Shown: one piece after another, positions 36,608 through 47,313 of the stretch
Layout of the letters: every line of letters starts with the position of its first letter
How positions within the stretch are numbered: the first letter of the stretch is position 1
Assembly: GCA_041744275.1 (NCBI GenBank)
Contig: JBGTLD010000026.1
Location: 1 to 50,553 of the forward strand
DNA: 50,553 nt
Reading direction: 5' to 3'
Origin: Candidatus Saccharimonadales bacterium
GTDB taxonomy: Bacteria; Patescibacteriota; Saccharimonadia; Saccharimonadales; JBGTLD01
The notes under the pieces: generated by a model
Seen by the model: the letters and a program-made list of their open reading frames with translations, nothing else
The model's database searches: none
What the model was told of the DNA's origin: nothing
Made by a program: the position numbers and the translations under genes

Positions 36608-38125
36608 CTAAAAGTCTACTCTTTGTGACTGTCGTCTATATTGTAGCGCCTCACTAATGTGTGCAGTCGATACGATAGGACTTTCTTCAAGATCAGCTAT
36701 TGTTTGTGCAACCTTGATAGCTCGCATATAACTTCGTGCCGATATACCTAAGCGTTCGGCGGCTTGATCGAGAAGGGTTTTAGCATCTGGGTTGATTTTT
36801 AGTGCTTTGATGTCTTTGTTTGTGATTGTTGCGTTGCTTTTTAGGGGGTCACCATAGCGTTTCGATTGAATTGCTCGAGCATTTTCTACGCGCTTTCGTA
36901 TTGTCTGGCTAGATTCAGCTGAGTTTTTACCGAGAAGGGAGCTGTGCTTTACTTCCTCGACGTCAACGTACAAATCAATCCTGTCGATGACAGGACCCGA
37001 TATCTTCTTTTGGTATTTCTGTACCTGGAACGGCAGGCAAGAGCATTCTTTTTGGCTGCCATAATAACCACATGGACACGGATTACTCGTTGCAACCAGT
37101 ATGAAGTTAGCAGGGAACGTTAATGTGTCTTTTGATCGAGCAACTGTGATAACTCTATCTTCTAATGGCTGGCGTAAGGCTTCAATGGTGCTCCGGTTAA
37201 ACTCAGGAAATTCGTCGAAAAATAACACCCCTCTGTGGCTCAGGCTTATTTCGCCTGGTCTTGGATTCTGGCCACCACCAATGATAGAGGTGCTGCTTGC
37301 AGTGTGGTGGGGTGCTCTGAATGGGCGTTCATATATAATCTTGTCATACTCTCTGCTTGCAAGACTGTGCAAGTGCGTTACTTCGAGTACTTCTTCAAGA
37401 GCCATTGGAGGAATAACACCCGCAAAAGCCTTTGCAAGCATACTTTTTCCAGCCCCAGGAGGGCCGTTGAGCATGATGTTGTGCATACCCGCTGCAGCTA
37501 TTTCCATTGCTCGTTTTGCTCTTTCTTGTCCTATGACTTCAGAAAAATCATGGAGGCCTTCGGCTTGCTCGGTTTGGTTAAGTATTCCCGATCCTGTGTG
37601 AATTGGCGATATTTCTTGTGTGTTTGTAAGGTGGAGGTATAGTTCTTTTAGTGCTTGAACAGGGTATATCGTGATATTAGGGATAAGTCTTGCTTGCGGC
37701 AAGTTTGCTTTTGGAATATAAAAAGAGCTATAACCAAGTTCACGCGCGCGGAGCAATCTCCCGATTATTCCTCGTATTGGCCTGACTGATCCATCGAGCC
37801 CGAGTTCTCCTAGTACCAGTGAGTCTGAGAGCCTATCACCTGGTACCTGGCTGCTTGCGCTTAGTATGGAGAGTGCAATTGCAACATCAAAGCTAGATCC
37901 ATCTTTAGGTACATCACCAGGAGCGAGGTTAATAGTAATCCGTTTTTTAGGTAATATTATTTCGGAGTTTGTGAAAGCACTGCGAACTCGCTCTTTCGCT
38001 TCGTCAATGGACTTACTCGCAATGCCTACAATAAGAATACTGGGCAAGCCATTTGATATATGGCACTCAACATCAATGATTAACCCTTGATTACCAGAAT
38101 CCATGATGGTCTTAACGTAAGTCAT
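36608..38125 (-). CDS. comM: ComM/YifB Mg-chelatase-like AAA+ ATPase
   Basis: ITINLAPGDVPKDGSSFD, GPPGAGKS, PFRAPHH, PGEISLSHRGVLFFDEFPEF, NPCPCG. Confidence 0.93.
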   Translation of the reverse strand: MTYVKTIMDSGNQGLIIDVECHISNGLPSILIVGIASKSIDEAKERVRSAFTNSEIILPKKRITINLAPGDVPKDGSSFDVAIALSILSASSQVPGDRLSDSLVLGELGLDGSVRPIRGIIGRLLRARELGYSSFYIPKANLPQARLIPNITIYPVQALKELYLHLTNTQEISPIHTGSGILNQTEQAEGLHDFSEVIGQERAKRAMEIAAAGMHNIMLNGPPGAGKSMLAKAFAGVIPPMALEEVLEVTHLHSLASREYDKIIYERPFRAPHHTASSTSIIGGGQNPRPGEISLSHRGVLFFDEFPEFNRSTIEALRQPLEDRVITVARSKDTLTFPANFILVATSNPCPCGYYGSQKECSCLPFQVQKYQKKISGPVIDRIDLYVDVEEVKHSSLLGKNSAESSQTIRKRVENARAIQSKRYGDPLKSNATITNKDIKALKINPDAKTLLDQAAERLGISARSYMRAIKVAQTIADLEESPIVSTAHISEALQYRRQSQRVDF

Positions 38126-38164
38126 TTAATGAAGAGTATAAAGTATATCAACGGCTAATAATAC

Positions 38165-38328
38165 AAAATAAATAACCGCCCCTGGTTGCTACTATGGGCG
38201 GTTATTTCGGCGTTTTTTGATTTGGAGAATCTTTGTTGTTTGTCATTTTTTTATGGAACAACGGCTTGCGAGAAGCCGTTGTTACAAAGTGTCTTTTTTG
38301 TTTTTGAGCACTTTTTTTATTCAGTGCT
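38165..38328 (-). ncRNA. Putative A-rich sRNA or leader upstream of comM
   Basis: TTGACA-17-TAAGAT promoter (38363-38335), hairpin 38257-38283, terminator 38170-38207. Confidence 0.45.
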
Positions 38329-39127
38329 ATTTGTATCTTAAATGACCACTTATCCACTGTCAACAACGATTATGTTTAATGTTGGTAGATACCTGTGTAT
38401 AAGTACGCCCGTAAGACTGGTTTATAGGTGGTTGACCTGCTGTTGTGCTAGTTATACCAATATTAAATTACACAACAACCTACAAAAGACTAGTATTGTG
38501 TAGGAATTTACTGCGGATGCAATAGCTTTAAACTACGACCTTGTGCATACCAAGTGCTTAAATCAATGGTGCTAGCTAAAAAACTTGAGATTTAGACGGT
38601 AGCTACAAGTTTACGTCATGCATGAAGCGTACGGGTGGTAGCTTTTCCTAGGGTCTATAGAAGTGTGTGATTCTCATGATGTCCGTTTAATTTATAGCTA
38701 CACGGTTTTACGTACGAGATTCAGGGCAAAAAATTATGGTAATTGTACATGAATGATTAGAGGCATCAGGACCAACATTTAGCGTCTAAATCAGAAATAT
38801 AAAATTCCTTAAGCTAAATCAATAAGGACGAATGCCATCGTTAAAATCCAGAAATAGACCGTGAAATAGCGTACATAATAGCTTATGTGGTATGTTTTTT
38901 CTGACAAGAATATTGAACAAAGCTTAAAGTCAAAACAGAGAGTTTGAGGCGAATATCATGGTCTCATTACTGCAAAAAAAGAGTGTATAAATTAATAAAC
39001 TAAAATAATATTTACAACATTATATTATAAATTAATTAAGAGTACATATTAGTTTATATCTATAATGTAGTTATTATAACAATATAAAAGCCTTGACACG
39101 ATTAAGCATAAATAGTATACTGCTGTT

Positions 39128-39318
39128 AGTAAATTGAAACAAAAATTTACAAAAACGACGGATTAATTCCGATAACGCTCTCATTATGAGAGCGGTCAGT
39201 CAAGCCTAAGACGGTAAGCGCTAAACAGTAATTTACAATGCGGATTTACCGTCTCGGCTCCAAAGCATTTTTACCGACTACTCAGTGCCTGAATTGGTAT
39301 TGAGTAGTTTTATTTTTT
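39128..39318 (+). ncRNA. Putative structured sRNA
   Basis: TTGACA-17-TATACT promoter (39093-39121), stem 39203-39259, terminator 39277-39318. Confidence 0.5.
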
Positions 39319-39339
39319 GAAGGGTATACTACATACATA

Positions 39340-39687
39340 ATGAATAAAGACTTACGCAAGATAGCTTTATATGCTTTGACATACGCCTCACTGCCTTTAT
39401 TTTTGATGCTTACAAGTCCACGTGATTTACCGATTGTGGCGCTACTCGTTCCTTTTTTGTTATTTTTTATAATTCTATTCTTTACATTCACGATACTTAT
39501 TCGTGTTTTTTCATCTGGTGTAACAGTACGAAAAAGACGTATTACTGCCGGAGCAATGGCGATGTTCCCGGTACTGCTATTGTTACTTCAGTCAATAGGT
39601 CAGCTTAGTTTACGTGATGTGACTATTGTGATTGCATTGATGACTATCATTGTCTTCTACGTAATGAGGTCGGATATCGTCAGGTAA
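39340..39687 (+). CDS. Hypothetical four-TM membrane protein
   Basis: Hydrophobic 115-aa ORF, QSIGQLSLRD motif. Confidence 0.8.
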   Translation: MNKDLRKIALYALTYASLPLFLMLTSPRDLPIVALLVPFLLFFIILFFTFTILIRVFSSGVTVRKRRITAGAMAMFPVLLLLLQSIGQLSLRDVTIVIALMTIIVFYVMRSDIVR

Positions 39688-39733
39688 GTGGTGTTACGAA
39701 AAGACTTCAACTGGTATACTTGAGATAACTATT

Positions 39734-40144
39734 ATGGATAATCAATCACCAGAACTACCTCCGCTTGCTCCACAGAATCAGCTAAACCAAGAAATGGTTT
39801 CACCTGTGCAGCAAAGCTATGGTGAGGCACAATCATCACGGGCTTTAGAAACGAACAGTCAGGGACCAGTAGCGCAAAATCCTCAGCCTGCTGTTATGCC
39901 CAACCCTCAACCCGGCTCTCCACACCAATCGCAGCCCACACACGATCCGTCGCTCTACACTCAGCATGGCAATCCAGCTATCGCCGACGACGCCGACTTG
40001 ATAGAAAAAGAGTGGATAGTAAAAGCCAAGAGTATCGTAGAGCACACAAGAGGTGACCCCTATACTCGAAACCGAGAGATGAACAAAGTAAAAGTCGATT
40101 ACTTAAAGAAAAGATACAATAAAGATATTAAGATAACCGAATAA
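39734..40144 (+). CDS. Hypothetical protein (Pro/Gln-rich N-part, helical C-terminal domain)
   Basis: ADDADLIEKEWIVKAKSIVEHTRGDPY; 3 bp before the ATPase gene. Confidence 0.8.
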   Translation: MDNQSPELPPLAPQNQLNQEMVSPVQQSYGEAQSSRALETNSQGPVAQNPQPAVMPNPQPGSPHQSQPTHDPSLYTQHGNPAIADDADLIEKEWIVKAKSIVEHTRGDPYTRNREMNKVKVDYLKKRYNKDIKITE

Positions 40145-40147
40145 ACT

Positions 40148-42955
40148 ATGTCTACAATCCTAACTATATTTGTTTCGTTCCTTGTAGTACTCAGTATCGG
40201 TGGGCCAATTGCGTATATTCAGATGAGACGGATATTCCGAGAACAAAAGAATATTGAACGTGGCCTTAAAATGGTGCCGTTACTTATACAACTCCCACCT
40301 TCTAGCGATGATACCGATGGTGGTGGCAGGGACGCACGAGATGTTGTCGATGAAAACATATCTAAGGCGCAGATTCTCTACAATATCATCAATAGCACAG
40401 TTCAAAAGGGCCTTAAGAGCCAGTTTTATGGCCAAAGACACTTTAGTTTTGAGATAGTTGGATACAACGGCTTTGTGAAGTTTTACGCATCTGTGCCTGT
40501 CTCACTTGTAGACGTTGTGCAGCAAGCAATTGTGAGTGCGTACCCATCGGCGCGACTCGAAGAGGTAGCTGAACACAATATATTTAGCCCCGTAGGGAAA
40601 ATCACTGGTACAACTGGAGGGGAGCTGACACTCAAGGAGAACTACGCGTACCCAATTGCCACATACCAAGATCTGAAAAGAGATGCGATGCAATCTCTTT
40701 TGAATGCACTCTCTACTCTCGATAAAGAAGATGGGGTCGGGATTCAGATTCTGATGCGACCCGCAAACTCAGGGTGGCGCAAGAATGCAACAAGCTATGC
40801 GAGTAAAAAGCGCAAAGGAAAAGACGGCAAGGGTGGTCTAGCACTTGGTCAATGGACGAAAGACCTTGCTATGGCCGCTGTGAAGCCTCCCGAAGACAAG
40901 GGTAGTGGCGGATCACAGGATAAGCCGCCACTCTCTAGCCTAGATCAAGCGATTGTCGATTCTATAGATGAAAAAACGCGTCACCCTGGCTTTGAGACGC
41001 TTATTCGGGTTGTTGTGTCTTCAAACATATCTCAGCGGTCACAAGCGATTCTTAGTAACGTTGTGGCAAGTTTTGCTTTATATGATGCACCAGGAAGGAA
41101 TGGCTTCAAGTTTACGCCAGCCAGAGACATGGAAAAGTTCTCGACTGCGTATATTATGCGTCTATTTCCCCAGGAAATGAACCAGAGCATATTAAATTCA
41201 GTTGAGCTTGCAACACTATTTCATTTTCCTGATCAGAAAAATATTCCTACCTCACAATTAGAGCGTCAAGCAAGTAAGCAGGTTGACGGTCCCCGTAATA
41301 TGCCTGAGGATGGACTGCTTCTTGGGTACAACGTTTTCCGTGGTGTCAAAAAGCCTGTTCGTCTAGCCCTAGAGGACCGCCAGCGCCACATGTATGTTGT
41401 TGGTCAAACCGGTACAGGTAAGTCGACGTTCTTAGAAAACCTCGCGTTGCAAGATATGCTAAACGGCGATGGTTTTGCCTATGTCGATCCACACGGTGAC
41501 ACCGCAGAAAAGCTCATGTCGCTTGTGCCAAGGGAGCGGGTGGAGGACGTCGTATATTTTTGTCCATCCGATATGGACTACCCCTTAGGGTTGAACATGT
41601 TCGAATTTCACACACCAGAGCAAAAAGACTTCTTGATTCAAGAATCGCTCAACATGCTTTACAAGTTGTATGACCCGCAAAAGCAAGGAATCATAGGTCC
41701 ACGGTTTGAGCGTATTTTTACAAACTGCGCGCTATTGCTCATGGCAGACCCAGCCGGCGGTACATTTGTTGATGTACCAAAGCTACTTATTGATCCTGAG
41801 TTTATGAAAGCAAAGTTGAAGTATGTGAATGACCAAAATGTACTCGACTTTTGGACGAAAGAGTGGCCAAATTCACAACGTTCTAACGAGGCTGGAGAAG
41901 TGATAAGTTGGGTCGTAAGTAAGTTTGGTGCATTTTTGAGTAATGAAATGATGCGAAATATTATTGGCCAAACAAAGAGCTCGTTTAACTTACGTGACAT
42001 TATGGATAACAAGAAGATATTGATTGTTAATTTGAGTAAAGGTAAGACCGGCGACCTTAACTCTAAGCTTCTTGGTATGATTTTTGTCATGAAATTTCAG
42101 GCTGCTGCAATGAGCCGTGCGAACATACCTGAGTCTGAGCGTGTGCAATTTTGTTTGTATGTTGATGAGTTCCAGAACTTTTCTACCGATTCATTTGCAA
42201 CAATTATGTCTGAAGCCCGTAAATATCGCTTGAATCTCATTGTTGCGAACCAGTTTACGACACAGCTCTCAGAAGAGATACGTGATGCTGTCGTGGGTAA
42301 CGTCGGTACGATTATTGCATTTCGTATTGGGCAGAATGATGTTGAATTATTGTCCCGATACTTTCAGCCACTCTTTTCGGGTGATGACTTATTAAGAATC
42401 CCAAACTTTAATGCAATTGTTCGGACATTAATTTCAGGTGTGCCTACTCAGTCATTTAGTATGTCTGCATTGATACCACTGGGTACTCCTAACGAGAATA
42501 TACTCCAGGCACTGAAGCAGTTATCTGCGGCTAAATTTGGGAGACCCAAAAAGACTGTCGAAGCTGAAATATTTGAGAGGCTTGCAACCAAAGAGCCTGC
42601 GAAGCCTGCAGGTGCAAATCCATTCGGGGCTGGACCTTCTAGGCCTCTACCTCCACAAACACGTTCTACGGGTGCTCCGGGCGCGTCTGGTGGCTCATCA
42701 TTTCTTGATGAGTGGCTTTCGAAGCGGAAACAGTCGGGCGCCGCGAAACCATCTGTTCCGTCTGGAGCGCCCCAGGCTGCTCAAGGTCTACCTGCCACCA
42801 AGTCCGCCACACAACCCGTCAATAATCAGCCCTTCACTCCAGCCCCTCAATCTACAAAGCCACTTGTTGCATCGCCTGCACAAACTCAAAAGATAGATGA
42901 CGATACGATACATATAGATAAAGATGGCACACTACACCTTAATAACCGAAGGTAA
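40148..42955 (+). CDS. VirD4/TraD/HerA-like membrane-anchored ATPase
   Basis: RHMYVVGQTGTGKST Walker A, VDPHGD, LYVDEFQNF Walker B, SEARKYRL, ANQ. Confidence 0.88.
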   Translation: MSTILTIFVSFLVVLSIGGPIAYIQMRRIFREQKNIERGLKMVPLLIQLPPSSDDTDGGGRDARDVVDENISKAQILYNIINSTVQKGLKSQFYGQRHFSFEIVGYNGFVKFYASVPVSLVDVVQQAIVSAYPSARLEEVAEHNIFSPVGKITGTTGGELTLKENYAYPIATYQDLKRDAMQSLLNALSTLDKEDGVGIQILMRPANSGWRKNATSYASKKRKGKDGKGGLALGQWTKDLAMAAVKPPEDKGSGGSQDKPPLSSLDQAIVDSIDEKTRHPGFETLIRVVVSSNISQRSQAILSNVVASFALYDAPGRNGFKFTPARDMEKFSTAYIMRLFPQEMNQSILNSVELATLFHFPDQKNIPTSQLERQASKQVDGPRNMPEDGLLLGYNVFRGVKKPVRLALEDRQRHMYVVGQTGTGKSTFLENLALQDMLNGDGFAYVDPHGDTAEKLMSLVPRERVEDVVYFCPSDMDYPLGLNMFEFHTPEQKDFLIQESLNMLYKLYDPQKQGIIGPRFERIFTNCALLLMADPAGGTFVDVPKLLIDPEFMKAKLKYVNDQNVLDFWTKEWPNSQRSNEAGEVISWVVSKFGAFLSNEMMRNIIGQTKSSFNLRDIMDNKKILIVNLSKGKTGDLNSKLLGMIFVMKFQAAAMSRANIPESERVQFCLYVDEFQNFSTDSFATIMSEARKYRLNLIVANQFTTQLSEEIRDAVVGNVGTIIAFRIGQNDVELLSRYFQPLFSGDDLLRIPNFNAIVRTLISGVPTQSFSMSALIPLGTPNENILQALKQLSAAKFGRPKKTVEAEIFERLATKEPAKPAGANPFGAGPSRPLPPQTRSTGAPGASGGSSFLDEWLSKRKQSGAAKPSVPSGAPQAAQGLPATKSATQPVNNQPFTPAPQSTKPLVASPAQTQKIDDDTIHIDKDGTLHLNNRR

Positions 42956-42965
42956 CGTGTAGGCT

Positions 42966-43523
42966 CTATTTGCGGCGTAGAGATTTTATGAGTATCTCTG
43001 CACATAAACCACCAAAATAACCTATAAATACCAGTGCAATGAAACTTGTGTAGTTGTAGACGTATCCGTACTGTCTAGACAAGTAAAGAAGTACAAAGCT
43101 ACCAACAAATGCACATACACCGGCACCAAGAATACCCGATGCTCGAGACACTGTTTTGGCTGCCGCATTACTGATTGACTCGACTTGAGGCTGATGAGCT
43201 ATTTTACTGAGTGTGCGCTCTGGAGCTGATAGACGAGATTGTACTCGTTTTACCGTATCTTCATATGTTTTTGCTTTGTGCGCTCGATGTTCGGAAAAGT
43301 GTGTTGGATTGGAATCCGGCTCCTTGTCATTACTCGTGAGTTCAGCAGAAGTGACTGCTACTTCTTTCGCATTAGCTTCAAGTGACTCAACATCGGCCTT
43401 TTCAGCGGGACTTGCCGCTTCAAGTGCTTCACGGCGAAGTGCTTCAATGCGCTCGCTCGCTTCTTTACCTGCGTCTTCTAAATGAAACTTTTGTTCGTGG
43501 CCTGTGTTGAGTTTCTCTGACAT
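42966..43523 (-). CDS. Hypothetical protein with two C-terminal TM helices
   Basis: 185-aa ORF, coupled to the upstream secreted-protein gene. Confidence 0.8.
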   Translation of the reverse strand: MSEKLNTGHEQKFHLEDAGKEASERIEALRREALEAASPAEKADVESLEANAKEVAVTSAELTSNDKEPDSNPTHFSEHRAHKAKTYEDTVKRVQSRLSAPERTLSKIAHQPQVESISNAAAKTVSRASGILGAGVCAFVGSFVLLYLSRQYGYVYNYTSFIALVFIGYFGGLCAEILIKSLRRK

Positions 43524-43524
43524 A

Positions 43525-45201
43525 TTAGTATGATCCAGACGTCGTATAATCGTGTTTTACAATATCGAGTTCTTTGGCGTAGAGACGGCTTCTTGCAAAG
43601 AAATATCCTGCAGTCATGGTAAATGCAACTGCGAACAATGTACTACTCGTGGGGCCAGTATTTGGGAGTACTTGCACGACTTGCTCGGTAGTTTTGGCGA
43701 TTGATCCTGGCAGTGTGATGTTCGTGCTGTTTCCGTACACATTTGTCATAACGAGATCGTATGTTCCGGGGTTTGATGCCGGTATTGGTGTTTGAGGAAT
43801 GGGGTCTTTTACTCTCACGGTAATTGTTTTGTTTATGGACCTGCCAGGGTTGATTGTGACGGGTCGCCAGCGAACAATATTGTCTTCGCCAAGAGTACCA
43901 CCATGTAGGTTTACAACATCTGCGTATTCTAAGACGTCTGCGAGTGGTTCCTCGATAACATAGTCGGAAACTGCGATTTTACCATCATTTGCCGTACGTA
44001 ATGTGTAGATTATGACGTCATTCGCGTTAGCCATTGTGCCGTTTGCATCGTCAATGTTCTGGGTACGGTTTCGTACTGTCTTACTGAGGGCAATACAGGC
44101 GATTGTGTCTGTATCATCATTTGATTCAGCGCATGGCTTGCATTCTTCTGGGCTGCTTTGCACACCGCGAATGAGTGGGCACACGTCGCATTCACTTAGA
44201 GTCAGTTGGATACCTTCAACGTCAGGGCATCTGTCAACCGGCTCGGGCGTTTCTGGAGGGGTTTCTTGAGGCGCTTCAGTTGGTGGTATACCTTCAATTG
44301 ACACAGTGGTTACACAGGTGAGCGTGTTCGGTCGATATGACCTGTCTGGCTGTCGTATTTCAGCAGAAATTGATGCACGAATTGTGTAGGTACCGGGCTC
44401 ATCATAGGTGTGTGTGACTGATACTGTACGCCTGGATGTATTCACGGTTCTACTCTCGCCGTCACCAAATGTGAACGTGTAGCTTTTCACTCGGTAAAAA
44501 TCACCACTGGTTACGGCCTGGAAGCGATATCGAAGCCTCTGGATTCTCGTTGGATCAAGTCGTTCGCATAGTGCTGAACCTGCCTGAAGAGGGCGAGGAT
44601 CTGGTGTCGGTGCTGGTGTCGGCGTTGGAGTGGGAGCGGGAGGCGGAGTCTCAACGATTGTTAAGTTACCGCAGTTATACAAGATGATAAATGGCATACC
44701 ATTAGCGGTACGACCTACAAGCGACTGATATGTAGAGAACGGTCCACTATCCCAGGCCCACAGATATCGCTGATAATAGGTTTTTCCTTGAATGGTAACT
44801 GGTCTTTCTCCCGCTTTCCCGAAGGGTAATCGGCCCATAGAGAGTAGCTTACGGTCATAATCGGTTGAACGGACATTTTGCGTGTTTGCTCTCGCAACAT
44901 CATCACAAGTTATCCCGTAATGTTCAAGAATTGTCCGAAATTCATGATTATTGGAAGCACAATGGCTGTTGGCTTGAGAATGTGAGCTAAAACCGCCGGG
45001 GATAATGTCGTTCGGTGAAGCAGCTAGACTCGACTCGGGCCGGCTCAGCCCAGCAAATACCTGAACAACCATTGCAAGAGCCACAAACACAAGGCCAAGC
45101 CGTCTCAGCTTTTCTTCGGCGTGAATTCGACTCGCATAAAAAGAAACTTGCCCAATAAGACTGGGATTGTAGGGTAGATTACTCAGTAACTTTTTGTACA
45201 T
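43525..45201 (-). CDS. Surface protein with PKD-like domain, DUF11-like domain and LPxTG-type sorting signal
   Basis: YTFTFGDG..HTYDEPGTYTI, PT linkers, DRCPDVEG, C-terminal LPNTG plus TM plus basic residues; start at ATG 45201. Confidence 0.78.
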   Translation of the reverse strand: MYKKLLSNLPYNPSLIGQVSFYASRIHAEEKLRRLGLVFVALAMVVQVFAGLSRPESSLAASPNDIIPGGFSSHSQANSHCASNNHEFRTILEHYGITCDDVARANTQNVRSTDYDRKLLSMGRLPFGKAGERPVTIQGKTYYQRYLWAWDSGPFSTYQSLVGRTANGMPFIILYNCGNLTIVETPPPAPTPTPTPAPTPDPRPLQAGSALCERLDPTRIQRLRYRFQAVTSGDFYRVKSYTFTFGDGESRTVNTSRRTVSVTHTYDEPGTYTIRASISAEIRQPDRSYRPNTLTCVTTVSIEGIPPTEAPQETPPETPEPVDRCPDVEGIQLTLSECDVCPLIRGVQSSPEECKPCAESNDDTDTIACIALSKTVRNRTQNIDDANGTMANANDVIIYTLRTANDGKIAVSDYVIEEPLADVLEYADVVNLHGGTLGEDNIVRWRPVTINPGRSINKTITVRVKDPIPQTPIPASNPGTYDLVMTNVYGNSTNITLPGSIAKTTEQVVQVLPNTGPTSSTLFAVAFTMTAGYFFARSRLYAKELDIVKHDYTTSGSY

Positions 45202-45326
45202 GTAACTTTTTCGTTTATTTTTATTATGCTTATCTTTATTCAACCATAAAGTTATGTGTTCACGCAAGCTGATATGCATTGATGAGGGTGGATAAATCAG
45301 CTATAATGAATTTTAGATTATTCTAA

Positions 45327-47312
<1,986 letters not shown>

Positions 47313-47313
47313 T

